64,000 nucleotides of DNA from Octopus vulgaris (taxonomy: Eukaryota), in NCBI GenBank assembly GCA_951406725.2, contig OX597817.1, positions 147,250,001-147,314,000 of the forward strand, given 5' to 3'. The notes below the pieces were generated by a model, which was not told where the DNA came from, ran no database searches, and saw nothing but the letters and a program-made list of their open reading frames with translations. The translations under genes were made by a program, and so were the position numbers. This document shows, one piece after another, positions 31,119-44,244 of the stretch (positions are counted from its first letter, which is position 1; every line of letters begins with the position of its first letter).

Positions 31119-31910
31119 TAAAAAAATCTTAGGAATGAGAACCATGGTTCGAAATTTACCCAAGACACCTGAAGAAGGCCAAAACATTGTTTTAACAACA
31201 AAGATGAGGACAAATATCCGTCGAATGAAAATAATGTAAATAATGTAACCAGAGACATTGTCTTCATAAGAGATCGACTTAGCAGAATCATCCCCTGAAG
31301 GCATTTCTTCACCTGATGAAGGAAGATCATTATTTGCTGGGGGTGTAGGGACAGGGAGATCGACTGAGTGAGGGAAAAGTCTCATAGCTGAGGGAAGATT
31401 TGATCTTTTTCTAGAAGAAGCATTGAAACCTGTTATATTTGTTAGACAAAAATAACAACCATCTTCATGGCTTCGTGGGTCTCTCTCCAGACCATCGGGA
31501 GAACAAAGTTAAAGGCCGCTAAACCATGCAGTTAGGCCATTGTAGCAGGGTTTACAACAGATGTATGGGGCCCAGGATTTGTCCTGATCTCCAATTTTAG
31601 AATCAAAATAATGAAACTAAGCAGTTCTCAAGAGGGAAGTAATTGTTCGGCGCTCTGCAACTGTTGTAAAAGCGCCACACACGTAGCAGGATGAATGATG
31701 CAGCCTCGGTGTTTTGAAGTACCTGAAGCCATTGTAGATATATGTATCACAAAAATCTGAAAAACAAAATGAAAATTGATCATATATATGGTTATATGAC
31801 TTGTCGCAAAATCATAATAATGTATATCTCAAAAGCTAGAGGTGATGAGTGGAAACTGGTTTTGTATCTGAAGTCAGCACTCCAAATTTTGATAAGAACA
31901 ACTATTTTTA
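29600..31910 (-). mobile_element. Decayed DNA transposon (CYVCG / GDQDKSWAP / SDEHGERFHQDI transposase type; superfamily uncertain)
   Basis: Motifs CYVCG, KIGDQDKSWAPYICCKPC, CYFC, PHSVDLPVP, LGAVSDEHGERFHQDI; degenerate inverted ends near 29600-29670 and 31820-31900. Confidence 0.8.
30970..31249 (+). mobile_element. tRNA-headed SINE-like insertion with inverted 5' duplication and hammerhead-like tail
   Basis: TSD CAGAGACATT (30960-30969 / 31250-31259); A/B boxes; 24-bp hairpin 30975-31024. Confidence 0.8.
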
Positions 31911-31992
31911 TGTTTGCCCCTGTAAACAGTGTAATGTTTTCAAATTTAAACCAAGGCCAGCAGTTTGCAAAGGAAATGGCTACTCGTTACCT

Positions 31993-32216
31993 ATTTCTTT
32001 ACTACCCACAAGAGGCTAAATACAGAGAGGACAAACAAGGACAGACAAAGGGATTAAGTCGATTACATCAACTCCAGTGCGTAACTGGTACTTAGTTTAT
32101 CGACCCCAAAAGGATGAAAGGCAAAGTCGACCTCGGCGGAAGTTGAACTCAGAACGTAACGGCGGACGAAATACGGCTACGCATCTCGCCCGGCGTACTA
32201 ACTCTTCTGCCAGCTC
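31993..32216 (-). mobile_element. SINE family B (Tx1-tailed) inserted in an older family B copy
   Basis: Sequence match; junction duplication GGTAACGAG on the minus strand. Confidence 0.85.
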
Positions 32217-32392
32217 GTTACCATCGACTATTGTGACAGGTACTTTATTTTATCGGTCTCCGAAAGGAAGAAAGACAAATGTAGCCACGGCGGGAATTGA
32301 ACCGAGAGTGTAAAGGGTTGCCACGTTACCGCGAAGTATTTCTTACGACTCATTCACGAATCTATCAGCTCATCGCCCTTATCACAATAATA

Positions 32393-32718
32393 GGAGCACT
32401 CCGTCGGTTGCGACGACAAGGGCCCCAGCTGATACGATCAAACAAACAGCTTGCTCGTGAAATTAACGTGAAAGTGGCTGAGCAATCCACAGACACGTGT
32501 ATCCTTAACGTAGTTCTCGAGGAGATTCAGCGTGACACAGAGTGTGACAAGACTGGCCCTTTGAAATGCAGGTACTACTCATTTTTGCCAGCTGAGGGGA
32601 CTGGAGCAATGGGAAATAAAGTGTCTTGCTCAAGGACATAACGCGTCGCCGCGAATTGAACTCACAACCTTACGATCATGAGCCGAATACCCCTAACCAC
32701 TAAACCACGCGCCTTCAC
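32393..32718 (-). mobile_element. SINE family C
   Basis: Matches 43752-44079; TSD-like TCACAATAAT. Confidence 0.88.
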
Positions 32719-33783
32719 AATAATCACAATAATAGTAATAAACTGAATTGACATAAATTGACTTGAAGAAAGGTAAATGTGGCCACGGCGGGGATTGAAC
32801 CGAGAGTGTAGAGTGTTGCCGCGTTACCGCGAAGTATTTCTTACGACTCATTCACGAATCTACCAGCTCATCGCCCTTATCACAATAATAGTAATAAACT
32901 GAATTGACATAAATTGACTTGACATAAGTTCACAATGATCAGTAAATATAATTAACTGGTGTATAAGCGAAACAAGAATCAATACGAGATGTTATTATTC
33001 CCCAGATCCTCTTCTGTTTCTGGCCTTATCTTATATAATGTAGTCATGAGGAATCGGGGTCGTTTTGTAGTAGAACCTGCGTTATGTGACGTATGATGTG
33101 AGGTTGTAATGGATATTTAGATAATAATTTCAGTCAGGAAAAGTTTCGCATGTTAAATGCTAATCGGATGTTGGCACAAGTATTTGAGGTTAATAATATA
33201 TATGTGCTCCTGAATACTAGATTTGCTGGTCAGATATGTTCAAAAGGCATCAGATCAAAGTTTGTCTTTTGAACATTTACATAAAGTTTAATTATTATAT
33301 AACACTAATGCTAAAATATTATTGCCTAATTAATATGCATAGACATAGAATTTGATTTCATAATCTGCCAACACAGTACAGTTGGAACAAGAGAATGACA
33401 TAAGGTATGAGGTAGGATTTAACCTAATGCGTATAATCGTCATTGCTTTCACTGTTGCCATGAAATTTATGTTCACCACCAACATCACAATATCAGCCAC
33501 AATTGCACCCTCTACCACGTGTGTGCCTATTTGTAAATACTCGACATGCTATCAATAGTAGGTAAATTCGATCAAGTCACAGTTTACAATCTTAAAAACG
33601 GACGCATTGGCTGATGTAAATTGAGGTATTCAAAACGACGAGTTATTCATAGTTCAGCTGAAGCAAAGCCGAGCTGGAACTCAGTAATAGTCACAACGAA
33701 ACTACTTCTTCCTTGCAGAAAATGTGTCATTAAAAATGATTAAAAAATAACCAGAAATCGTTACTATTATTATAAAAGCTCCT

Positions 33784-34210
33784 AAGGCGGCGAGCTGGCA
33801 GAATCGTTAGCACGCCGGGCGAAATGCGTAGCCGTATTTCGTCTGTCGTTATGTTCTGAGTTCAAATTCTGCCGAGGTCGACTCGGCCTTTTATTCTTTC
33901 AGGGTCGATAAATTAAGTACCAGTTATGCACTGGCACTGGGGTCGATGTAATCGACTTAATCCTTTTGTCTGTCTTTGTTTGTCCCCTCCGTGTTTGGTC
34001 CCTTGTGGGCAATAGAGAAGTAAGAATCGTTAGCACGTCGGGCGAAATGCATAGCGGTATTTCAGCTGTCGCTACGTTTTGAGTTCAAGTCGACTTTGCC
34101 TTTCATTCTTTCGGAGTCGATGAAATAAGTACCAGTAACGCACCGGGGTCAGTGTAATCTCCTATCCCCCTTACCACTAAAATTTTCAATGTCTTGTGCT
34201 TAGAATAAAA
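33784..34210 (+). mobile_element. Nested SINE family B pair
   Basis: Tx1-tailed copy followed by the AGAATCGTTAG remainder of the host copy. Confidence 0.85.
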
Positions 34211-34217
34211 ATAATAA

Positions 34218-34445
34218 TTATAAAAGATCCATAGGGCAGAAGAGAGTAACCTCACATGGAACCGAACCTGCGAGTTGATTCGATTCTTAGAGTAGAAATA
34301 ACTGTTATAAAAGATCCATAGGGCAGAAAAGAGCAACCTCACATGGAGCCGAACCTGCGAGTGTGGTTCGATTCTTAGAGTAGAAATAACTGTTATAAAA
34401 GATCCATAGGGTAGAAGAGAGCAACCTTACATGGAGCCGAGCCTG
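34218..34445. repeat. ~87-bp minisatellite, about 2.6 copies
   Basis: TTATAAAAGATCCATAGGG unit repeated three times. Confidence 0.9.
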
Positions 34446-34544
34446 TTGGCAAACAATCTTTACTCCGAAGTACTTTTGCTGAATATCTCTCGTTGTGAGA
34501 TTTGAAAATAGTAATTTTCTAAAGTAGAAATATTGCCTTTAAAT

Positions 34545-34950
34545 TTTGGCTCCAGGCCAGCAATATCAGGAATGGGATTAGTCGATTACATCGATCCCAG
34601 TGTTCAAATGGTATTTATTTTAATCGATTCCAAAAGAATGAAAGGCACAGCCGAACTTGGTGGAACGTAAAGTCGGACAAAATGCCGCTAAACATTTTGA
34701 CCGGCGCGGTAACATTTCTTATTTCTTTATTGCCCACAAAGGGGCTGAACATAGAGGGGACAAACAAGGACAGACAAAGGGATTAAGTCGATTAGATCGA
34801 CCTCAGTGCGTAACTGGTACTTAATTTATCGACCCCGAAAGGATGAAAGGTTAAGTCGACCTCGGCGGAATTTGAATTCAGAACGTAAAGACAGACGAAA
34901 CACAGCTAAGCATTTCGCCCGGCGCGATAACAATTCTGCTACTCGCCGAC
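34545..34950 (-). mobile_element. Nested SINE family B pair
   Basis: Same arrangement as 33784-34210 on the minus strand. Confidence 0.85.
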
Positions 34951-35241
34951 GAAGTATCAGCCAAAATATTATTACGATTAGCATAGAGCTAGAGTGTTTG
35001 AACTTTTAGCACATTCTGCTATTACGAAGGCCTGAAACTATCGTGGCGCAATCTGTGTGTGAATCTGGAGTAAAGATACAGAGAGAAGTATCGCGGTGAT
35101 TGTTTTCCTGTGTTAATTTGTTACAACTATTAGTCTTTCGGAACTAAATGCTCGTTTCTTTGTATATTTCTATTTTTTAAGACTTAACTAGACGAAGGAC
35201 GGCACCAACGACACTTTTCTTTGTCTATTTGTTTCTTTGTA

Positions 35242-35494
35242 TTGGGTTGGTGCATAATTATTGTGGCTTTTTTTCAACAAATTTTATTCAACAAAAACAA
35301 TAACAATATTTAACAAAAGCATCTTTAAATGACGGTCTGACTGTCTGCGAAGCAAATGGGAAGCAGTGATTAAAGTAGAGGGTGAATATGCTCCGGAATA
35401 ATCACGTAAAGTTATTTTTTCTCATACTGTTATTGTTTTTGTTGAATATAATTTGTTGGAAAAAAAAAGCCGCAATAATTATTCACCAACCCAA
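35242..35494. mobile_element. Mariner-derived MITE
   Basis: TIRs TTGGGTTGGTGCATAATTATTG / CAATAATTATTCACCAACCCAA, TA flanks; internal WEAVIKVEGEY mariner C-terminus. Confidence 0.85.
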
Positions 35495-35496
35495 TA

Positions 35497-35835
35497 TGTA
35501 CTTACTTGTACTTGTGACGGCGTTCACCCAGGGTGGGTTGAGCCGGCTTCTCCTCTGGTCCTGATGGCATCACGAATAATGGCGGCCCACGCTCGATGGT
35601 CCTGTGCAAGGTCACTGGAGATAGCGAGCCATTCCCGGTTCCATCTGCGCAGACCGACCACCTGCGGACCTGAGAGTTCGGAGAGGTCCTCATTTATCGT
35701 CGTTGCCCAGGCCTTTAGCTGCGCGCCCGTGCGTTTGCGTCAGTTGGGAAGTGGAGGTGGGAGGAGGACATCGCGAATCAGCTCACTCTCTGGACGCCGG
35801 GCTGCATGACCGAACCAGCTTAAGCGCCGTTGTAG
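35497..35835 (-). mobile_element. RTE-clade LINE 3' end
   Basis: RRLSWFGHAARR...GLRRWNREW...LAQDHRAW; short (TACAAG)-like tail. Confidence 0.85.
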
Positions 35836-36232
35836 AAGCATCGATGGGAGGGGCCGGAGATTCAGTATGTGCGTGCATGTGTGAGTGAGTGTGGGGAACT
35901 AAAGGTGGAACATGGGGGGAAGTGGTTAAAATGTCGGAGGGAATGCCTCGCGTGTTTGCTTACGTACTGGAGGCACTGAATTCAAATTTCGCTGAGGTGA
36001 ACAATGTCTTTCGGAATAAATACATCATAAGTAGTAGTCGAAGGCAGTGGATAGACACGACTGTATTGTCCCAACTCGTTATGTTCTGAGTTCAAATCCT
36101 ACCATGGGTTACTTAGAGGATAGACGCAGGAGGAAGACCTACCTCACACTATCACCGGGCACCTTCAGTGTCTTTAGTGGAGGCAAATCTGTTTTGGGCA
36201 TTCGAGCCTGGCCTTGATTTGAGGGTACCACT

Positions 36233-36526
36233 ATTTGTTTGTTCCTTCTCGAGCCACGCATGGCTCATAAGGGCCGGTTTCCCGGTTTCTTGGCGTATAG
36301 GTTCCCCAACTGGACGGGATGCTGTCCGTCGCAGATGAGCTGCAAGATGCAGGAGGAAAGAGTGAGAGAAAGTTGTGGCGAAAGAGTCAGCATTACCTTC
36401 TGCGGGAGCCGCGTGGAGCTTAGGCGTTTCGCTCATAAACACACACCTTCCCCGGTCTGAGATTCGAACTCGCGATCCCTCGACCGTGAGTCCGCTGCCC
36501 TAACCACTAGGCCATGTGCCTCCACA
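36233..36526 (-). mobile_element. SINE family D with 12-bp TSD AGGGTACCACTA
   Basis: tRNA A/B boxes; matches 42594-42900. Confidence 0.88.
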
Positions 36527-37036
36527 GGGTACCACTAGTAGTGGAGGTTCTGTAAAAAAAAGTCACGGATACTACTTGCCCTCTTGGCTAAAAGACAAAA
36601 TAAATAAACAAAATATCCCGTCCGAAAGCATTTGGCAGAGGCAACTCTACTAAAGGTGTCAAAATGCGTGATTAAGTCAGTCAACTACTTGTTGATAAAC
36701 ATGTAGTTTGCTTTTCTGGTCATCTGGGATTTGAGGCGTCGAAATTAACTCCATTCCACCGGTAACCCCAATAAGCTGCTCACGCTTATTGTGAATAAAT
36801 AACGACATCACCCCACACCCATCATCATCCTCAGCATCATCATCATCATCATCATCATCGTCATAATCATCGTCATCATCATCTGCAGCAGCAGGAACAT
36901 TAGCATTTGCAGTAATAATAGCACTGACAGTGAAGTGTGATTTTTGTTATCAGAAACTTTGAGATAGCCATCAGTGGTATCAGAGAGATGATGTTGAAGA
37001 AGACGAAAAAAAATTAAAAAAAAGAAGCAGAAAATA

Positions 37037-37048
37037 ATGATGGTGATA

Positions 37049-37094
<46 letters not shown>

Positions 37095-37405
37095 CAATGA
37101 TGATGATGATGATGATCATGATGATGATGGTGGTGATAGTGATGTGTTTGTTGCTGCTACCAATAGTAGTGGTGATGGTTGTGGTGGTGGTGGTGGTGAT
37201 GATGATGATAACGATGATGACGACGACGACGACGATGATGATGATGATGATGAGGATGATGATGATGATGATGATGAGGATGATAATGAGGATGATGATG
37301 AGGATGAGGATGATGATGATGATGATGATGAGGATGATGATGACGATGATGATGATGACGATGGTGGTGATAGTGGTCCGTTTGTTGCTGCTACCAAGTG
37401 TTTTG

Positions 37406-37437
<32 letters not shown>

Positions 37438-37479
37438 GGTGATGATGATGATGACGATGATGACGATGACGACGACGAC

Positions 37480-37534
<55 letters not shown>

Positions 37535-37535
37535 C
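37037..37535. repeat. (GAT)n-rich compound repeat with internal duplication
   Basis: Direct reading. Confidence 0.9.
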
Positions 37536-37922
37536 TGATAAACATTGCGATGATTATTAGGTGGCAGATTAGAAGCAGAAGGACACTGAAGAGGAGGGGC
37601 ACAAGGAGAGAAATATGAAGATAATGTCATCGTTTACACACACACACACACACACACGTATGTATGTATGTATGTTTGTATGTATGTATGTATTATATAT
37701 ATATATATGCAAATGTAGACATATAAGCACCAACTGTACATTATACAAACATACGTAATGCGCAAACCAAACTAAAAACCAAGAACAGCAACGGCTGCAT
37801 GGTGTTAGAAGCCAGCAGATCTGTTGCCTACGTTACTTCGTTTTTGACGGCAGTCCTATTGAGATGGGACGACAAGCTTAGCAAAGAACACATCCCGGAC
37901 TCTGCAAACAGGCCATATACTT

Positions 37923-37924
<2 letters not shown>

Positions 37925-37978
<54 letters not shown>

Positions 37979-38430
37979 TTAAACATATGCACATACACGC
38001 ACACACACACACACACACTCACGCTTAAACATATGCACACACTTTTACACTCGCCTCGCACACACACACACGTTTGCACTCACACACATGTACACACACC
38101 CACTCGTTTACACTCACTCACTCACACACACACACACACGCAAACACATTTGCACTCACTTACACACTTAGGCACACACACACACACATTTACATTCACA
38201 CACGCACACACAGACGCAGATTCACACAAACACACTTTTACACTCACTCAAACACACACATGTACACACACTTACACACACAGTCACACACACATTCACA
38301 CACTCACACACATACACATTTACATTCACACAGATACACACACATACACACACACACACATTTGCACTCACACACACCTACATACCCACACTTTTACACT
38401 CACTCACACACACACACGCACATTTACATT

Positions 38431-38465
<35 letters not shown>
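37925..38465. repeat. Degenerate (CA)n tract
   Basis: Direct reading. Confidence 0.9.
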
Positions 38466-39941
38466 ACTTGCAGATTCTCACAAACACAAATATACAAAGT
38501 TTGAATTCGTTGGTCATTGCTTGGCAACAATGGAAGCTGGCTCTTATTAAGAAAAAAAAGGGGGCGTGTTTTATCGCATTGCAAGGCACGGCCCAGAATC
38601 CCTGGCCAACCGCCTTTAAAAGTCTTATTTCTTTACTTTTATCTCTCTTTTTTTCCCGCCATCTTTCTTTTTCTGTTTTTAGTTTATTCTTTCTTCCTTT
38701 ATTTTCTTCTTTCTTTTCTATTTTTCTTTCGCTCTTTCTCCTTTCTTTCCTTCTCCTTCCTTCTCATCTCCTCCGATGCAAACTTTACGTGGTTGACAAC
38801 GCATACACGACGTTCGTCCGTTACCAAGTAACTAATGAAAGGATATGATGATGGTTTTTTTTTTGTCGATTTTTATTTTATATTTCTCTTATGTATTTTG
38901 TTTATTTCTTGTCTTTCCAGAAACAACTTGGAGCCCATGATGTCTCGCAATAGCAAACAGAACAAATATCGATTTCTTTCTTTTGTACTATCAGCTTTAA
39001 TTGGGAAATACGAAATGAGATTATGTGATCTTCATGCATTTCTGCATGCGGGGTGAGAACATTTGGCGGAATCGAAATAGTATTACCGAAAACTTCCCAG
39101 CTATTTCACGTTCTTTATTTACATTATTTACATTATTTACCTTCGACGGATATTTGTCATCATCTATTTGTCTCTTTCCATAGCATAAACCCAACAAAAA
39201 TCTCCAAATCACTAGTCATATCAAGAAAAACTACACTACACTCAGCAAGAACCCTCAGGGCTCGAGGATCTCCTTCGGTGAAAACATATCCTCAACATAA
39301 GTGGAACTGCAATCTCAAAGTGATCCTTTGCTTTCGAGTCAGAAGCCTCACATGAGTTTTGTATGTTGACACTCCACAAATCTTATGTCTGTCTACAATA
39401 AAGTATTGCTACCAAAGTTGAGATAGTCTTGCTTCTACATACAAAGTCCACTTAACTGATTAGCCTAAAATCACTGACACACACGCGCTGGCTTCTGGTA
39501 CACAGGCATTCTACCACCTCTACATCGACCTTGTAATGATACTCATTCACCGTATCTGGTTGGCGCCGTATCTTCTCTACGCAGGCATTTCCATCCCACC
39601 CGTCTCTGCTCCTCTTATCAATCCAATCTGATTATGTTCAACACCCATCTATGGTCCATTATCCCTTTCGAATGGGCATGCTTCCACTGAAGAGGGCCTC
39701 TAAAATCTTCCCCTGCGCATATCTTTACTACAGGGATCGACTTACAAAAATAACGGTATCAGTCGCATCGATCATCGATCAATTAGCCATTCTCCAAATA
39801 CCGCAATTTAAAGAAGTAAACGTTAGGTATGTGACAGCTGGGGAGAGAAAGAATAGGCGGAGAGTGAGAGAGAGAGAGAGCAGAAGAGAGAATGAGAGAA
39901 AGACGGGGAGATATAGGGAGAGAGAGAAACGGATATATATT

Positions 39942-39980
<39 letters not shown>

Positions 39981-39988
<8 letters not shown>

Positions 39989-40425
39989 ATATTTCGGAAT
40001 GGTCATATTGCCAGTTTAGCCAATAAAAACACACGCACTATATATTTGGTGTTATTTTGCTTCAGTGTTATTTATTTTTTACACTATTCTTAATCTTATT
40101 TCGGCCAGAGTTCTTTCGTCACACTCCTGTGACCGCATCAGTGGTCCTTTGTTTTCTTCTTACTTATTTGTAAGGAGAGACAGAAATAAGTAAGAAGAAA
40201 ACTAAGGACCACTGATGCGGTCACAGGAGTGTGACGAAAGAACTCTGGCCGAAATAAGATTAAGATTAGTGTAAAAAATAAATAACACTGAAGCAAAATA
40301 ACACCAAATATATAGTGCGTGTGTTTTTATTGGCTAAACTGGCAATATGACCATTCCGAAATATAACAATATCTGTTTCAACACACGACTTCACATAAAA
40401 AATCTTGCACAACAAATATTTAAAC
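39981..40425 (+). mobile_element. Fold-back Penelope-like element (189-bp arms plus tail) with variant hammerhead motif
   Basis: Arms 39981-40169 / 40184-40372 with about 2 mismatches; CCA-CUGAUGC-G-GUCAC/GUGAC-GAAA-GAAC-UC-UGG at 40209-40248; (TA)n flanks. Confidence 0.7.
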
Positions 40426-40910
<485 letters not shown>

Positions 40911-41234
40911 GAGAGAGAGTGACAGAGAAAGAGAAAAAAGAAAGATAAAGAGACACAGAGAAAGAGCAGTAGAAGCCAGTACTAGGGTGGTACATATTTT
41001 GACTGAAGTCTATTTGTGAAATGAAGTGCTTTTCTCAATGACACAACACTGTCCCGTTCACGAATCGAACACCTTAACATATGACTGTGTGCTTGAGCAC
41101 ACAAACCACTCGACTAGAAATTTATCAACACACACACAACTCATACACACAGTTACATAAATACATGCACACATAGACATATACATACATATGTATGCCT
41201 ATATATATGTATATGTATGCATACGTATATATAT

Positions 41235-41640
41235 TCTTTTATTGTTTTAATGGTTTCAGTCATTTGACTGCGGCCATGCTGGAGTATCGCCTTTAGTCGA
41301 ACAAATCGACCCCAAAACTTATTCTCTGTAAGCCCAGTACTTATTTTATCGGTTTCTTTTTCCGAATTGCTAAGTTAAGGGGACGTAAACACACTAACAT
41401 CGATTGTCAGGCGATGGTGGGGGACAAACACAGACATACAAACATACCCACACACACAAAAACATACACACACATATGTAACGGGCTTCTTTCAGTTTCC
41501 GTCTACCAAATTCACTCACAATGCTTTGGCCGACCCGAGGCTATGGTAGAAGACACATGCAGAAGGTGCCATGCAGTGGGACTGAACGCCGAACCGTATG
41601 GCTGGTAAGCAAGCTACTTTCCAAACAGCTACTCCTGCGG
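41235..41640 (-). mobile_element. SINE family A, full length
   Basis: Sequence match. Confidence 0.88.
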
Positions 41641-42593
41641 CAACACACACACACACACACACACATGTATATATATACATACATATGTGTATAGCACTCG
41701 TTCATCGTATTTTATACTGACACACATGTACGATAGTATTCTGTGCAGTCTCTTACACACAGGTTATTGGATGACCCGAGGCCGAGGTAAAAGACACACC
41801 CATGGTGCTGTAGCAGTAAGAGATCGAATCCACTGCAACACGTTTGCTCTTATCAAAGTATTTAAACGCATACATCTGTCAACGTCGGCAACCACTATTA
41901 AACCAGATAAGCAGTATCTCTCTGATATCAGTTCGCCTTTACCGGAATACCTCAAGTGGCCACACTTATTGCCGCTTTGATTGCAATCGGGAGACATAGT
42001 AACGTTGTAGCGTCAGTTTGTCTTTCGTTATCGCTTAACTTGACGTCAACAATCAGGAAATGGCTTGGTCGTTGCCTGATAATCATAGGTTACTGAGAGG
42101 TGATAAATTTGTGCAACGATAAATTGTTGTTGTTGTTGTTGTTGGTAGTGGGTTTTTAGCCACATGTCAATTCTGAACGGAATGAACTATGATCAAAAAA
42201 CGTTCCCGCCATAACCTTCCCGTTTTTCAAGATATTGTAAATCTAGGAATAGAATTATCTAGAGTGTAGGAGGAGTGTGAACTGGCTGGTCTGTGCCAAA
42301 GGACTCTCTGGTCGGAAACTACAACTGGTAAACACTGGAAACATTTAGATTGATAGAGTTACCGAGGGGTGTTACATGTTCGAGAGAAATTCTTAAAGGT
42401 ACGGAAGCACCGTTAAATGAGACTGTCTGAGATACTCTCAGAGCTGCAAAACCGTTCAATGTCCGAGCATTGCTGATCGGTGGAGTTGTGTTTAACTCCC
42501 ATTGCCATAGGAGTCTGTCAGAATGATATGGACGCCACGGATGAGAACCCCATAAGGTTCGAAAATCGATTAAGGGTGTTAATAATTTTCAAA

Positions 42594-42900
42594 GTAGAGG
42601 CGCATGGCCAAGTGGTTAGAGCAGCGGGCTCACGGTCGAGCGATCGCGGGTTCGAATCTCAGACCGAGCGATGTATGTGTTATGAGAGAAGCACCTAAGC
42701 TTCACGCGGCTCCTTCAGAAGGTCATGGCGAAACTTCTGCTGACTCTTTCGCCACAACTTTCTCTCACTCTTTCCTCCTGCATCACTCAGCTCACCTGCG
42801 ACAGAACGGCGTCCCGTCCAGGTGAGGAACCTATACGCCACGGAAACCGGGAAACCGGCCCTTATGAGCCAGGCGTGGCTCGAGAAGGAACAAACTAAAC
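42594..42900 (+). mobile_element. SINE family D
   Basis: A box TGGCCAAGTGG, B box GGTTCGAATC; matches 36233-36526. Confidence 0.88.
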
Positions 42901-43254
42901 CATTGCCATATGTAGCACATGATCACTCCACCCTACTTTAAATTGTCAAGGAAGGCAGTCTTTCTGTTTATAGCTATGGGAAAAGATAATGTGCACTAGC
43001 TGAGGCAGAAAAGCAATCACTTGCTCCATCGACCAAATGAAATATATGAAGACGTAGGTGACTAGCGAAAATGGTTAGAGTGGATGGGATTACATTCAGC
43101 ATGTACCTGTTAGTCAGAAAACAAGATTTTGTAGATGTGCCCTTGGGCAGTAGGGGTTTTGAATCTGAGTCGTTCCTTACTGGGACTTAGTTGGAGGCTC
43201 ACCAGTATAAAAACACAAAACAAAAGGACAAAACTGCCATTCTTGCATGTTAAG

Positions 43255-43650
43255 TTTTACTTGTTTCCGTCATTAGACTGCGGCCACGCTGGGGCTCTGC
43301 GTGAAGAATTTTGGTCGAACGAATCGACCCCAGTACCGCTTTTTTTGAGGCTGGTACGTAGCCCATCAGTTCCTTTTTCTGAACCGCTAAGTTACGGGGA
43401 CATATACTAACCAACACCGATTGTCAAGCGCTAGAGGGCGACTCAGACACACGAAAAGACACACACAAACACACACACGCAAACACACGCACACACAAAG
43501 GCTTGATCTACTTTCCGTCCGCTAAATCCACTCACAAAGCTTTTGTAGGCCTGAGCCTATCGTAGAAAAAACCATTTGCCCAAGATCCTACGCGATGGGA
43601 CTGAACCCGGAAACATGTATTTAGGGAAGAAACTTTTTACCATGCAGCCA
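43255..43650 (-). mobile_element. SINE family A, diverged
   Basis: Sequence match. Confidence 0.8.
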
Positions 43651-43751
43651 CAAACAAGCAATACCACATTTGTTATATACGCAATAATGTATGTGTATAT
43701 CATGCATAATGTTGAAGTATAAAGCGTATGCTAGAGATGAAATGTAAAAAA

Positions 43752-44079
43752 AGGAGCACTCCGTCGGTTACGACGACGAGGGTCCCAGCTGAGACGATCA
43801 ACGGAAAAGCTTGCTCGTGAAGTTAAACGTGCAAGTGGCTGAGCACTCCACAGATACGTTTACCCCTAATGTAATTCTCAGGGAGATTCAGCGTGACACA
43901 GTGTGGGACAAGGCCGGCCCTTTGAAATACAGGTACGACTCATTTTTGCCAGCAGAATGGACTGGAGCAACGTGAAATAAAGTGTCTTGCTTAAGGACAC
44001 AACGCGTCGCCGGCAATTGAACTCACGACCTTACAATCGTGAGCCGAATACCCTAACCACTAAGCCACGTGCCTTCACA
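43752..44079 (-). mobile_element. SINE family C with TSD AGAGATGAAA(T/C)GTAAA
   Basis: Sequence match plus TSD. Confidence 0.9.
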
Positions 44080-44244
44080 GAGATGAAACGTAAAGTCTGA
44101 ATACGTGAACTATTCATTTCATTCCGTCGTTTTGCTCCCACCTCATCCTATTCTCTGCAACACTCCTATATCACATGTAATTTAACTTAGCAACTTGTCC
44201 TCTTTTATCCAACGCTTTTGCCGTCATTCTTTGAAGGGTATTTA

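Noticed and set aside
31314-31330. CTGATGAAGG hammerhead-like core
   Set aside because: Antisense of transposase codons (PSSGE); no GAAA half or stems
34218-34445. CRISPR-like periodic repeat
   Set aside because: Whole units repeat with no unique spacers; eukaryotic minisatellite, no cas genes
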